Source: an uncultured bacterium
GTDB lineage: Bacteria > Patescibacteriota > Minisyncoccia > Phycocordibacterales > UBA9973
DNA: 64,000 bases
Assembly (NCBI GenBank): GCA_903869825.1
Contig: CAIQAL010000001.1
Location: 7,185-71,184, forward strand
Direction: 5' to 3'
The notes under the pieces are model-generated. The model was not told the origin of the DNA. It searched no databases and was given only the letters and a program-made list of their open reading frames with translations. Shown in pieces: positions 40,357-50,953 of the stretch. Position 1 is the stretch's first letter; the number at the start of each line of letters is the position of its first letter. The position numbers were made by a program, and so were the translations under genes.

Positions 40357-41418
40357 ATGGTCAAGAATAAAAAGATAAAAAATGTATTTGTGGGAATGTC
40401 TGGGGGAGTTGACTCTTCTGTGTCTGCTGCCTTGCTCAAAGACCAAGGGTATGATGTCGTTGGGGTCTTTATTCGAACTTGGCATCCAGACTTCATAACG
40501 TGTAACGAAGAGGGAGAGCGAATGGATGCGATGAGGGTTGCAACGCACTTAGATATTCCTTTTTTAACCTTCGATTTAGAAGAAGTATACAAAAAAGAAG
40601 TGGCAGATTATATGATTAGAGAGTACAAAGCTGGACGGACACCAAATCCGGATGTAATGTGTAATAAAGAAGTAAAATTTGGAGCTTTCCTGAAGAAATC
40701 ACTCAATATTGGAGCAGATTTTGTTGCTACTGGACATTATGCACAAAATAAAAAGGGGGCATTATTAAAAGGGGTTGATCCTTCCAAAGACCAAAGTTAT
40801 TTTCTTTGGACCCTTGAACAAAAACAACTTTCAAAAATTATTTTTCCGGTTGGTCATTTGAAAAAAATCGAAGTAAGAAAACTTGCAAAAAAATATAAAT
40901 TACCGGTGGCAGAGAAAAAAGACAGCCAGGGAATTTGTTTTTTGGGAGCGGTTGATTTGAAAGAATTTTTAAAACATTATATTAAAGAAAAAAAAGGCCA
41001 AGTGAAAAATGAAAAAGGGCAGACAGTTGGATTTCACTATGGAGTATTTTTTCATACCTTGGGTGAAAGACATGGATTTACCATTACCAAGAAAAGTCCG
41101 AATGATCGGCCATATTACATTGTCGGAAAAGATGTAAAGAAAAATATTTTATATGTGTCACAAGATGTAAAGGAAATGCTTTCTAACTTTTCGCACTCGA
41201 ATTTTTTAAGTGAGGTAAATTGGATTTTCAAAGTTCCTGAACCAAATAAAAATTATACTTGCCAAATTCGTTATCATGGAGAATTTTTCTCATGTAAGAT
41301 CAAAACAAAAAATAAAATTACTGAAGTAATTTTTAATAAACCAGTTTTAGTTGCCCCTGGTCAATCGATCGTCGTTTACGATAAAGATGTTTGTCTTGGC
41401 GGTGGCGTTGTTGTATAA
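40357..41418 (+). CDS. mnmA: tRNA 2-thiouridylase
   Basis: MSGGVDSSV, TPNPDVMCN, ATGHY, KDQSYFL, DSQGICF, APGQS. Confidence 0.97.
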   Translation: MVKNKKIKNVFVGMSGGVDSSVSAALLKDQGYDVVGVFIRTWHPDFITCNEEGERMDAMRVATHLDIPFLTFDLEEVYKKEVADYMIREYKAGRTPNPDVMCNKEVKFGAFLKKSLNIGADFVATGHYAQNKKGALLKGVDPSKDQSYFLWTLEQKQLSKIIFPVGHLKKIEVRKLAKKYKLPVAEKKDSQGICFLGAVDLKEFLKHYIKEKKGQVKNEKGQTVGFHYGVFFHTLGERHGFTITKKSPNDRPYYIVGKDVKKNILYVSQDVKEMLSNFSHSNFLSEVNWIFKVPEPNKNYTCQIRYHGEFFSCKIKTKNKITEVIFNKPVLVAPGQSIVVYDKDVCLGGGVVV

Positions 41419-41426
41419 TAAAGTCT

Positions 41427-41906
41427 ATGACACAATATTTTTTGCAGAATGGTGAAGTTATTTTAAAATTAATATTAGCAGTTTTTCTGGGAATGCTTAT
41501 CGGAGCTGAACGATATTTGGTTCACAAAGAAGCTGGTCTTAAGACACACTCTTTGGTTTCAATGGGCTCCGCACTTTTTATAATTATTTCTGAAATGATG
41601 GTTTTAAAATATGCGAGCATCGGTGGTTTTGATCCAATGCGTATGGCATCACAGATTGTTGTTGGGATAGGATTTCTTGGTGCCGGTACGATCATGCTGA
41701 CCGGATCACGACTCCGGGGATTAACTACTGCAAGTGGACTCTGGGTAACTGCTGGGATAGGGATGGCTGCTGGTTTTGGACTTTCTTCTTTGGCAATTAT
41801 TTCCACGGTTTTGGTTTTACTTATTTTAGTTTTAATGAATATTTTTGAAAAACCACTTCTTAAGATTTCTGAGACTAAGTCTCTGGAAGAGAGTGAAGTT
41901 AAATAA
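41427..41906 (+). CDS. mgtC: MgtC/SapB family membrane protein
   Basis: IGAER..AGLKTH, DPMRMASQIVVGIGFLGAG, GLTTASGLW; start moved to ATG 41427. Confidence 0.88.
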   Translation: MTQYFLQNGEVILKLILAVFLGMLIGAERYLVHKEAGLKTHSLVSMGSALFIIISEMMVLKYASIGGFDPMRMASQIVVGIGFLGAGTIMLTGSRLRGLTTASGLWVTAGIGMAAGFGLSSLAIISTVLVLLILVLMNIFEKPLLKISETKSLEESEVK

Positions 41907-41911
41907 AAGTT

Positions 41912-43762
41912 ATGAATTCAAGTGAAATTAGAACAAGATTTTTAAAATTTTTTGAAAACCGGGGACATGCTTTTGTCCCTTCTGCTTCGTTAGTGACTAC
42001 CAATGAAGCGGGGGCGCTCGATGCGACTTTATTTAATACGGCTGGAATGCAACCTTTTATTCCGTATCTTTTAGGAGAACCTCATCCAAAAGGAATGCGT
42101 TTGGTAAATGTGCAAAAATGTTTGAGAACAATCGACCTCTCGGAAGTTGGAGACACTACCCATAATACTTTTTTTGAAATGATGGGTAATTGGTCCTTGG
42201 GAGATTATTTTAAAAAAGATGCGATTACTTGGAGTTACGAATTCCTTACATCAAAAGAAGAAGGGCTTGGACTTAATGTGTCTCGTTTGTATGTGACTGT
42301 TTTTGATGGTAATGAAAAAATAGAACGTGACACTGAATCAGTAAAAATTTGGAAATCTCTTGGATTAGCGGAAAACCGTATTTATTACAAAAATTCAAAA
42401 TCAAATTGGTGGAGTGCAGGGCTGAACTCTCCGGCTGGTCCAAGCACCGAAATGTTTTATGATATTACTGGAGAGTTAGGAGATTTGACTCCAGAGGAAT
42501 TTGAAAAATATGAAAATGAACAAAAGATTGTAGAAATTTGGAATGATGTATTTATGACCTACAAACTTGTAAATGGTGAAATTATTGGAGAACTTCCTCA
42601 AAAAAACATTGATACAGGGGCAGGCCTTGAACGGATAACAACAATGGTACAAGGGAAAAAAAGTGTTTATGAGACGGATTTATTTTTACCTATTATCAAA
42701 AAAATTGAAGAATTATCTGGACTTTCATATGGAGATAAATCTGACGACGAATATATAAAGAGTGGCGATAAATGTTTCTCTGACACAAGGAAATACATAA
42801 GAATTGTTGCAGATCATGTTCGTACTGCGGTATTTATCATTGCAGATGGAGTAGTGCCGTCTAATACAGGAAGAGGATATATCCTTCGTCGAATTATTCG
42901 CCGAGCGATAAGATATTCTGATTTAATTTCACTCAAAAAAGGCTCTCTTCTTACTCTTGCTGAAATTGTAATAGAAGAGTATAAAAATATTTATCCAGAA
43001 CTTTTAAAAAATATTGATATTATAAAAAAGGAAATTGAAACAGAAGAGAACAAATTCCGAGATAATCTTGAAAGGGGACTAAAAGAATTTGAAAAATTCT
43101 TAATTAAAGGTCAGACATTAACGGGACATGATGCTTTTATTTTTTTCTCGTCATATGGTCTTCCCTTAGAACTAACGATTGAAGTTGCTAAAGAAAAAGG
43201 AGTAATAATGACAAAAACCATAGACGAAGAATTTAATGCAGAACTAGAACAACATCAAAAACTTTCACAGACTGCCTCTGCTGGAATGTTTAAGGGTGGA
43301 CTTGCGAACAATAATGAACAAACGACCAGGTTGCATACCGCGCATCATTTGCTTTTGGCGGGACTTCAAGCGGTCGTTGGTCCGGAAGTAAAACAAAAAG
43401 GAAGTAACATTACGGAAGAACGTTTGAGGATGGATTTTATTTGCGACCACAAACTCACAGATGAAGAAAAAAGTGAAGTGGAAATTTGGGTAAACAAAAA
43501 AATAAAAGAAAACCTGGAAGTGATTTGTAAAGAGATGCCCAAAGACGAAGCGGAAAAAATTGGAGCTGAAATGGAATTCGGAATGAAATATCCAAAAAAA
43601 GTAAAAGTATATTTTATTTTAAATAAAAATGGTAATTCTATTTCCAAAGAATTTTGTGGAGGACCACACGTTCTAAATACCGGCGAACTTGGCACTTTTA
43701 AAATCTTGAAAGAAGAAGCCGTTTCTTCTGGAGTAAGGCGTATAAAAGCCGTTCTTCTTTAG
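41912..43762 (+). CDS. alaS: Alanine--tRNA ligase (short form without C-Ala domain)
   Basis: TAGMQPF, HNTFFEMMGNWS, EIWNDVF, IDTGAGLER, HTAHHLL, EFCGGPH, GVRRIKA. Confidence 0.96.
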   Translation: MNSSEIRTRFLKFFENRGHAFVPSASLVTTNEAGALDATLFNTAGMQPFIPYLLGEPHPKGMRLVNVQKCLRTIDLSEVGDTTHNTFFEMMGNWSLGDYFKKDAITWSYEFLTSKEEGLGLNVSRLYVTVFDGNEKIERDTESVKIWKSLGLAENRIYYKNSKSNWWSAGLNSPAGPSTEMFYDITGELGDLTPEEFEKYENEQKIVEIWNDVFMTYKLVNGEIIGELPQKNIDTGAGLERITTMVQGKKSVYETDLFLPIIKKIEELSGLSYGDKSDDEYIKSGDKCFSDTRKYIRIVADHVRTAVFIIADGVVPSNTGRGYILRRIIRRAIRYSDLISLKKGSLLTLAEIVIEEYKNIYPELLKNIDIIKKEIETEENKFRDNLERGLKEFEKFLIKGQTLTGHDAFIFFSSYGLPLELTIEVAKEKGVIMTKTIDEEFNAELEQHQKLSQTASAGMFKGGLANNNEQTTRLHTAHHLLLAGLQAVVGPEVKQKGSNITEERLRMDFICDHKLTDEEKSEVEIWVNKKIKENLEVICKEMPKDEAEKIGAEMEFGMKYPKKVKVYFILNKNGNSISKEFCGGPHVLNTGELGTFKILKEEAVSSGVRRIKAVLL

Positions 43763-43787
43763 TAGCTCACTGTGGTATAATTATAAA

Positions 43788-44960
43788 ATGAGTATTTTAG
43801 GAAGTACGAAAAATACAAATGAAATAACGCTGGTTTTTGATATCGGATCCTCTTCGGTTGGAGGAGCGATATTTTATATGCGGAGCGAAGGAGAACCTGA
43901 AATGATTTATTCTTACCGGGAATCAATTCCACTTGAAAGGAAATTGAGTTTTGAGAAATTTTTTGATTTAACTTTAAAATCTCTTGAGACTGTTGCTCAA
44001 AAAATTAGTTTGTCTGGTGTCGGTGCTCCAAAAAAGATTTTTTGTGTTCTTTCATCCCCTTGGTATGCTTCTCAAACTCGAAGTATTGTTCTAAAAAAAA
44101 ATATTCCCTTTGTCTTTGATCAAAAGTTAGCCGACGATTTGATTCAAAAAGAAATTTTGGCTTTTACCGAAGAGTGCCAAAACAAGTACTCGAACATAGA
44201 GAAGATTTCTCCGATTGAGTTAAAAAATATGTTGATTACTTTAAATGGCTATCCAACTGAAAAACCCTTGGATCAAAAAACAACCGAACTTGAAATGAAG
44301 ATTTTTGTTTCAATGACCGGTGAAAAAGTGCTTTCTCAAATAAAAGAGGCAATCGGGAAACATTTTTATTCAAAAAATATAAGATTTTCATCTTTTGTTA
44401 TGGCCTCTTTTGCGGTTGCTCGCGATACATTTTCACATCAAGATAATTTTTTGCTAATTGATATCGGGGGAGAAGTCACAGACATTTCAATGATAAAAAA
44501 AGATATTTTATCTTCATCCATTTCTTTTCCGTTAGGTAAAAACTTTTTAATTCGAGAAGTAGCTGGAATTCTGGATTGCCATTTAGATGAAGCAAAATCT
44601 TACATTTCTTTATATAAGGACGGACACATCGGAGATGAGAGCTTAAAAAAAATAGAACCGATAATAAACAAATTAAAATTAGAATGGCTTACAAAATTTC
44701 AAGAATGTTTGGTTAATCTTTCGAATGATATTTCTATCCCATCCACGATTTTTTTGACGGTAGATGAAAAATTGTCCGAATTTTTTACCGAAACAATAAA
44801 GTCCGAACAATTTAATCAATATACTTTGACCGAATCAAAGTTCAACGTAATATATCTAGGACCGGAGGCATTTGGAAGTGCTATTGTGTTTCGAGAAAAC
44901 GTAGAGAGAGACGCATTTTTAATCATTGATTCGATATATATTAATCGATTTTTGAAATAA
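43788..44960 (+). CDS. FtsA/PilM-like actin-fold ATPase
   Basis: LVFDIGSSSVGG (phosphate 1), LLIDIGGEVTDI (phosphate 2), SISFPLG. Confidence 0.65.
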   Translation: MSILGSTKNTNEITLVFDIGSSSVGGAIFYMRSEGEPEMIYSYRESIPLERKLSFEKFFDLTLKSLETVAQKISLSGVGAPKKIFCVLSSPWYASQTRSIVLKKNIPFVFDQKLADDLIQKEILAFTEECQNKYSNIEKISPIELKNMLITLNGYPTEKPLDQKTTELEMKIFVSMTGEKVLSQIKEAIGKHFYSKNIRFSSFVMASFAVARDTFSHQDNFLLIDIGGEVTDISMIKKDILSSSISFPLGKNFLIREVAGILDCHLDEAKSYISLYKDGHIGDESLKKIEPIINKLKLEWLTKFQECLVNLSNDISIPSTIFLTVDEKLSEFFTETIKSEQFNQYTLTESKFNVIYLGPEAFGSAIVFRENVERDAFLIIDSIYINRFLK

Positions 44961-44965
44961 AAAAT

Positions 44966-46213
44966 ATGGCTCAAAAAATTCTACAAGATATGAATATCAA
45001 AAAACCCAAAGCGGTTCTTTCACCTGCCAAGGTTGTCGATGTTCCGAGAGAAACTGAAATCAGAAATGTTCCAAGAAGTAATTCAAGATATACCCTTTGG
45101 ATTATTGCTCTAATTTCCGTTGTGTTTCTGTTTTTTGGGATATCTTCAATTTTTGCCAATGCTAAAGTGACAATTAACCCTAAATCAAAAGATTTTATCC
45201 TGAATCAAAATCTGTCCGCTACCAAAGATGCTAATTCCGGAATGTCTTATCATCTTGTTGGTCCTCTCACTGGAGAGGAATCAAAGCAAGTGGCTGCGGG
45301 AGAAGAGAAAAATTATTCTGTAGCTGCTACTGGAAATGTTTTGATTTACAATGCTTTTAGCTCTAGTTCTCAAATTTTAGCCAAAAATTCAAAGCTGGAA
45401 GGCTCAAATGGTAAAATTTATCAAACCACGGAGGAGATAACCATTCCAGGAGCTGCAAAAGACGGTACTCCCGGGAAAATCAGCATTGGGATATCGGCAA
45501 CTATCCCGGGAGAGGAATTCAACAGTGCTCCACTTGATTTCAAAATTGTTGGGTTCAAAGGTACAAAAAAATATTCTAAATTCTACGGAAGGTCCGTAGG
45601 GGAGATTGCTGGTGGTTTAATTGGAAAATCTCGTCAAGTAAGCGAAGCAGATAAAGTCCAGGTTATTACTGAGTTGACAAGTGCTTTGAAAAACAAACTT
45701 TATAAAAATGCGAAAGATCAGACTCCGGCAGAATTTATCTTGTTCCCGGATGCAGATTATTTGACGGTGGACGATCAAATCATTGGGACGGTTGGAGAAA
45801 ATGGAAGTGCAACAATTAGCATCAAAGGAACATATTATGGTTTTGTTTTTAACCGACAAGAGTTGTCAAAAAAAATAACCGATACGGTGTTGGATGATAC
45901 AGAAAAAAATGATAGTGTTTATATCCCGAATCTTCCCGATGCAAAAATTACGCTAACTGATAAAACTCAAGCATTGTTTACCGATGCAATGGAAATTTCT
46001 TTCAACTTATCCGGTTCGGTAAAGGTTGTTTGGAAAGTTGATGCTGATAAAGTCTTAGCAGATATTTTGGGCAAAAATAAATCTGATTTTAATGATATTC
46101 TGAGGGGGTATACCAATATCGAATCTGCCAATCTTTCTATCAAACCCGTTTGGAAATCGTCTTTCCCAGACAAAAGTAATAATATAAAAGTTATTGTAAA
46201 TTATCAGCAATAA
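44966..46213 (+). CDS. Membrane-anchored protein with a baseplate-J-like beta region
   Basis: Single TM, then AKVTINP, ATGNVLIYN..Q.L...L..GKIY...IPG..A..PGEEFN..GG..V...D; recalled CPR family pattern. Confidence 0.5.
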   Translation: MAQKILQDMNIKKPKAVLSPAKVVDVPRETEIRNVPRSNSRYTLWIIALISVVFLFFGISSIFANAKVTINPKSKDFILNQNLSATKDANSGMSYHLVGPLTGEESKQVAAGEEKNYSVAATGNVLIYNAFSSSSQILAKNSKLEGSNGKIYQTTEEITIPGAAKDGTPGKISIGISATIPGEEFNSAPLDFKIVGFKGTKKYSKFYGRSVGEIAGGLIGKSRQVSEADKVQVITELTSALKNKLYKNAKDQTPAEFILFPDADYLTVDDQIIGTVGENGSATISIKGTYYGFVFNRQELSKKITDTVLDDTEKNDSVYIPNLPDAKITLTDKTQALFTDAMEISFNLSGSVKVVWKVDADKVLADILGKNKSDFNDILRGYTNIESANLSIKPVWKSSFPDKSNNIKVIVNYQQ

Positions 46214-46220
46214 ATTTTCT

Positions 46221-47932
46221 ATGGAAAATAGGATATGCCAAAACTGTCAGAAAGATTTCACAATCGAATCGGAGGATTTTTCATTTTACGAAAAAATTAA
46301 AGTCCCTTTACCAACCTTTTGCCCGGATTGTCGAACTCAAAGACGTTTTACCTGGAGAAATGAAAGAAATTTATATCGCAATAAGTGTGCAGCCACCGGA
46401 GCAAATGTAATCTCAGGTTTTTCCGTCGATTCTGGTATGACAATCTATGAAAGAGAATACTGGTGGAGCGACAAATGGGATCCAATGTCTTTTGGAGTGG
46501 ACTATGATTTTTCAAAACCTTTTTTCCTACAGTTTCAAAGTTTTATGAAAAGCACTCCGATGCCTTCCTCATTCAATGCCCGTACAATAAATAGCGAGTA
46601 TTTCAGCATACCGGAGATTTTAAGAATGCTTATCTGGTACACGCTTCCTGGGGTGGGGAGAATGTTTCTTATGCCGCACGAGTAAGCGAAGTAAAAGATT
46701 CTATGGATTCATTGGTTCTTTCTAACTCGGAACTTTGTTACGAAGTGATTGCCAGTAACAAATGCTACAACGTGACCCATTCCCAAAATCTTGAAGGTTG
46801 CAATAATTCTTCATTTTTATTTGAGTGTCGTGGATGTTCTGATTGTTTTGGTTGCGTTAACTTGCGCAACCAGAGTTACCATATTTTTAACGAACCATAC
46901 AGTCGGGAAAAATATTTAGAAAAAGTAAATGAATTTAACATTGGGAGTTATAAAAATTTTAAAGAAATCGAAAAGAACTTCAAGGATCTTAAGCAGAAAG
47001 CGATTCAAAAATACGCAAACATTGTAAATTCTCCCAACTGTACCGGAGATAATATCGTAAATTCATATAACTCTAAAAATTGTTTTGATCTTTATGGAGA
47101 GGTCAGGGATTGTAAGTTTATCCAAAATTGCGCCAAGTTCTTGAAAGACAGTTATGACGGATATGGAGTCGGCTCTTCGGCTGATCTTACCTATGAAGTT
47201 TTTGATACCGGGGTGCAAGGTTCTAGACTTTGTTTCGGGGCGGTTGTCTATGGTGGTCATGATGTCTATTATTCTTACAATTGTCACGGGAGTCAAAATT
47301 GTTTTGCTTGTGTAGGACTTCGCTCAAAATCTTACTGCATTTTTAATAAACAATACACCAAAGATGAGTATGAATCACTTGTTCCAAAGATAATAAAACA
47401 TATGAATGAAATGTCGTATGTTGATGCAAAGGGGAGAACATACAAATATGGAGAATTTTTCCCAAGTGACTTGAGTCCTTTTGCCTACAATGAAACTATC
47501 GCCCAAGAATATTTTTCATTAACCAAAGAAGAAGTTTTGAAACAAGGTTATAAATGGAGAGAAAAAGATGGAAGAAGCTACCAGATGGATATTAAAAATG
47601 AAAATATTCCAGATGATATTAAGGAAGTAGGTGAATCAATAATCGGGAAGGTTATAGAGTGTGAACACAAGGGTACCTGTAACGAACAATGTACTGAGGC
47701 CTTCAAACTTATCCCAGATAAATTACAATTTTACAAAAGGATGAATTTACCTTTACCTCGCATCTGCCCCAATTGTCGTCACTATGAAAGACTAGGAAAA
47801 AGAAATCCAATGAAGCTTTGGCTCAGAAAATGCATGAAGGAAGGTTGTCAAAACGAATTTGAAACGAGCTATGCTCCCTACCGATCGGAAACCGTTTATT
47901 GTGAAAGATGTTACCAACAAGAAGTCTACTAG
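46221..47932 (+). pseudogene. Cys-rich Zn-ribbon/repeat protein, copy 3, frameshifted (-1 nt)
   Basis: ORFs 46221-46685 and 46703-47932 join if one base is added at ~46602 (gag tat t-t cag cat), giving NSEY(C)QHTGDFKNAYLV, which matches NSEYCTGANSLKNCYLV in copy 4. Confidence 0.85.
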
Positions 47933-47936
47933 ACCA

Positions 47937-47965
47937 TTGACTCAAATATTATATTTTGCTATAAT
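47937..47965 (+). promoter_or_regulatory. Sigma70 promoter of the infA/alpha cluster
   Basis: TTGACT, 17-nt spacer, TGC-TATAAT. Confidence 0.75.
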
Positions 47966-47979
47966 TCTTTTACCTAATA

Positions 47980-48213
47980 ATGAGTGATACAAAAAATGAA
48001 AAAATATTGACTGCGCGTGGCTTAGTCACTGAAGCCTTACCTAGTACTTTATTTAGGGTAAAAATTGAAGGATCCGGCGAAGAAGGGAAAGAAATTCTGG
48101 CATATCTCGGAGGAAAAATGAGAATGCATCGAATCAAAGTTTTAATTGGTGATCACGTAGAAGTTGTTCTTGACCCGTACGGCGGGAAAGGGAGAATCGT
48201 TAAAAGGTTGTAA
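47980..48213 (+). CDS. infA: Translation initiation factor IF-1
   Basis: G.VTEALP..FRV, LAYLGGKMR..I.VL.GD.V.V..PY..GRIV.R. Confidence 0.95.
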   Translation: MSDTKNEKILTARGLVTEALPSTLFRVKIEGSGEEGKEILAYLGGKMRMHRIKVLIGDHVEVVLDPYGGKGRIVKRL

Positions 48214-48316
48214 TTATTTTAAAATAGTGTATCATAGTAAATACAGTTAGCAATAAGTAAGGAACATCGAGAAAATAAGGGTAATTTCCCTTGTTTTCAA
48301 TTTGTTATATATATAA

Positions 48317-48427
48317 ATGAAAATAAAATCAACAGTAAAAAAAATTTGTGATAATTGTAAAATGGTAAAGCGTAACAGACATCTTCGTGTAATTTGTTCA
48401 AATCCTAAGCATAAACAAAAACAATAA
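48317..48427 (+). CDS. rpmJ: 50S ribosomal protein L36 (not in the ORF track)
   Basis: [36 protein letters not shown]. Confidence 0.95.
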   Translation: MKIKSTVKKICDNCKMVKRNRHLRVICSNPKHKQKQ

Positions 48428-48428
48428 A

Positions 48429-48809
48429 ATGAGAATATTAGGAATCACAGTCCCAAATGAAAAGAGATTAGAAATTGGATTAACTTGCGTCTATGGTATT
48501 GGTATTTCCAGTGCCCGAAAAATTTTAGATAAAGTGTCCATTGACCACGGGAAAAAAGCAAAAGACCTTACTTCTGATGAAGAGAATAAAATTAGAGCAA
48601 TCGTTGAAGGAATGAAAATTGAGGGAAATTTGAAAAGAGAAGTGTCTGCTAACATCAAAAGACTGAAAGACATCAAAACTTACCGCGGAGTTCGTCACAT
48701 GAAAAGATTGCCAGTTCGAGGACAAAGAACAAAAACTAATTCCAGAACCGTTCGAGGAAACGTCCGAAAAACAATGGCTTCAGGTAAGAGAAAAGAAAGT
48801 AAAACATAA
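48429..48809 (+). CDS. rpsM: 30S ribosomal protein S13
   Basis: LTCVYGIG, YRGVRH..LPVRGQRTKTNSRT. Confidence 0.97.
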   Translation: MRILGITVPNEKRLEIGLTCVYGIGISSARKILDKVSIDHGKKAKDLTSDEENKIRAIVEGMKIEGNLKREVSANIKRLKDIKTYRGVRHMKRLPVRGQRTKTNSRTVRGNVRKTMASGKRKESKT

Positions 48810-48821
48810 TTTTAATTAAAA

Positions 48822-49256
48822 ATGGGAAAAACAAAAATTACAACCGAAGAATCAACTGAAGTTACAAAAGACGAAGTAAAAGTTGCTCCGAGCAAAACCC
48901 CGAAGAAGAAAATAACTTCCGGAATGGTGTTTATCGATGCGACCTTTAATAATACCAAAGTTCTCTTTGGAGATAAACAAGGTAATACTTTATTTTGGTC
49001 TAGCGCAGGTTCACTTGGTTTCAAAGGTGCAAAAAAAGGAACCCCGTTTGCTGCTTCTAAAGTGGGCGATATCATCGGAACGAAAGCGTTTGCCCTAGGA
49101 GTGAAAGAAGCAGATGTAGTAGTAAAGGGAGTAGGTTCCGGAAGGGAACCAGCAGTCCGAGCCTTTATGGCCCGCGGGATTGAGATAACTTCCATTAAAG
49201 ATGCTACTCCGGTTCCTCACAATGGTCCAAAACCAAAGAAACCACGAAGAGTTTAA
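48822..49256 (+). CDS. rpsK: 30S ribosomal protein S11
   Basis: ATFNNT, WSSAG..GFKG..KGTPFAA, D.TPVPHNG..P...RV. Confidence 0.97.
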   Translation: MGKTKITTEESTEVTKDEVKVAPSKTPKKKITSGMVFIDATFNNTKVLFGDKQGNTLFWSSAGSLGFKGAKKGTPFAASKVGDIIGTKAFALGVKEADVVVKGVGSGREPAVRAFMARGIEITSIKDATPVPHNGPKPKKPRRV

Positions 49257-49288
49257 ATATTAAAATTGAGAATTAAGAATTACAAAAA

Positions 49289-49894
49289 ATGATAACCAAA
49301 CCAAAATTTAAAATTTGTAGAAGACTAGGTCCTGGAGTTTATGACAAATGTCAGACGTCTAAGTTTTCGACTACAACTGGTAAATTTGGTGGTGTTGGCG
49401 GAAAGCGTCCAAAAGCTCTTTCAGAATATGGAACCCAACTTATTGAAAAACAAAAAATTCGATTTTCATATGGGATTACTGAACGTCAACTCGCAAATTA
49501 TATTAAGAAAGCTTCTTTGGTAAAAGGAGCCGGCACCGCAGAAAGATTTTATGAAGAATTGGAATCTAGACTCGATAACGTAATTTATCGAATGGGGCTA
49601 GCCACAAGTAGACGAGCGACCAGACAAATGGTGTCACATGGGCACTTTATTGTGAACGACAAAAAAGTAACAATTCCATCGTACGAAGTAAAGCCTGGCG
49701 ATATGGTAAAAATTCGTGAAGGTTCGAAGACTAAGAAGATTTTTGATAATATGCCTGAAAAGTTGAAAGATTACACAGCTCCTGTTTGGGTTTCGTTTGA
49801 TGCCGGAAAAATGGAAGGAAAAGTTTTGGCTAAGCCAAAAAATATTGAAACTTTCCTCGATTTGAATGCTGTTCTTGAATTTTACAGCCGTTAG
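49289..49894 (+). CDS. rpsD: 30S ribosomal protein S4
   Basis: SEYG.QL.EKQK, LESRLDNVIYR, RQMVSHGH, EFYSR. Confidence 0.97.
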   Translation: MITKPKFKICRRLGPGVYDKCQTSKFSTTTGKFGGVGGKRPKALSEYGTQLIEKQKIRFSYGITERQLANYIKKASLVKGAGTAERFYEELESRLDNVIYRMGLATSRRATRQMVSHGHFIVNDKKVTIPSYEVKPGDMVKIREGSKTKKIFDNMPEKLKDYTAPVWVSFDAGKMEGKVLAKPKNIETFLDLNAVLEFYSR

Positions 49895-49977
49895 TTAATT
49901 TATTTTTTCCCCATCGAAGGGTGGATAAGTATTATTAAATTAAATATTATTAAGTTAAGAGTAATTTTTATAACATT

Positions 49978-50949
49978 ATGCCTGAATATAAAATAATTAT
50001 GCCTTCAAAGCCGAAAGTTGTGCTTGAAGAAGGAGATAAAGGAGTGTTTGAGATAGATGGACTCTATCCGGGGTATGGACATACTTTGGGGAATTCATTG
50101 CGAAGAATCATTCTCTCATCACTACCTGGCGCAAGTGTCACTTCAATAAAAATTGAAGGTATTTCTCATGAATTTTCCACAATGGAAGGCATAAAGGAAG
50201 ACATAATTGTTATGATTCTGAATATTAAAAAGACTCGTTTTAAAATGGCATCTGATGAGCCTCAGATCGTTACTCTTTCTATCAAGGGACCAAAAGTGGT
50301 AACCGCAGCAGATATCAAAACTACTGGACAAGTCGAAGTATTAAACCCCGAATTATATATTTGCGAAGTAACCGGAAAAGTAAATTTAAATATTGAACTT
50401 AAGATTGAAAAAGGTCTTGGTTTTATTCCGAAAGAAATTATGCAAAAAGACAAAGTTGAGATCGGAACTATTGCGGTTGATGCAATTTTTACCCCGGTTC
50501 GACGTGTTTCTTACGAAGTAGAAAATATGCGCGTGGGGGACAAGACCAACCACAATCGCCTAAGAATTTCTATTGAAACAGATGGGACATTGACCCCACG
50601 AGAAGCATTATCTCGCTCGATTGAAATAATGATTAATCAATTAAAAGCAATTATTGATTTCAAAGAACCCGAGGTTGAAGTTGAAAAGGAAGCAGAAAAA
50701 AGTGAAGAAAAAGACGAGGATGAAGAAAAGAAAGAAAGTGATTTTACTGATGTTCTAAAAACCAGAACCGATAATCTGGATCTTTCGACCAGAACTTTAA
50801 ACGCGCTTACCGCTGCAAACATCAGAACTCTTGGCGGGTTAGCGCGGAAGAGAAAAGAAGATCTCCTTGAAATAGAAGGAATCGGGGAAAAAGGGATTAC
50901 CGAAATTAAAAAAGTGCTGGCAAAATACGGCTTTAATCTAAAAGAATAA
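49978..50949 (+). CDS. rpoA: RNA polymerase alpha subunit
   Basis: GYGHTLGNSLRRIILSS, HEFST, DAIFTPV, alpha-CTD LSTRTLNAL. Confidence 0.97.
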   Translation: MPEYKIIMPSKPKVVLEEGDKGVFEIDGLYPGYGHTLGNSLRRIILSSLPGASVTSIKIEGISHEFSTMEGIKEDIIVMILNIKKTRFKMASDEPQIVTLSIKGPKVVTAADIKTTGQVEVLNPELYICEVTGKVNLNIELKIEKGLGFIPKEIMQKDKVEIGTIAVDAIFTPVRRVSYEVENMRVGDKTNHNRLRISIETDGTLTPREALSRSIEIMINQLKAIIDFKEPEVEVEKEAEKSEEKDEDEEKKESDFTDVLKTRTDNLDLSTRTLNALTAANIRTLGGLARKRKEDLLEIEGIGEKGITEIKKVLAKYGFNLKE

Positions 50950-50953
50950 TAAT

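Noticed and set aside
44966-46213. Prophage or tailocin
   Set aside because: The baseplate-like gene is isolated and TM-anchored; no capsid, terminase, sheath or integrase genes are present.
48271-48298. Hairpin gaaaataaggg-taattt-cccttgttttc before rpmJ as an S4-type autoregulatory leader
   Set aside because: It is a single hairpin and cannot be distinguished from an infA terminator without comparative data.
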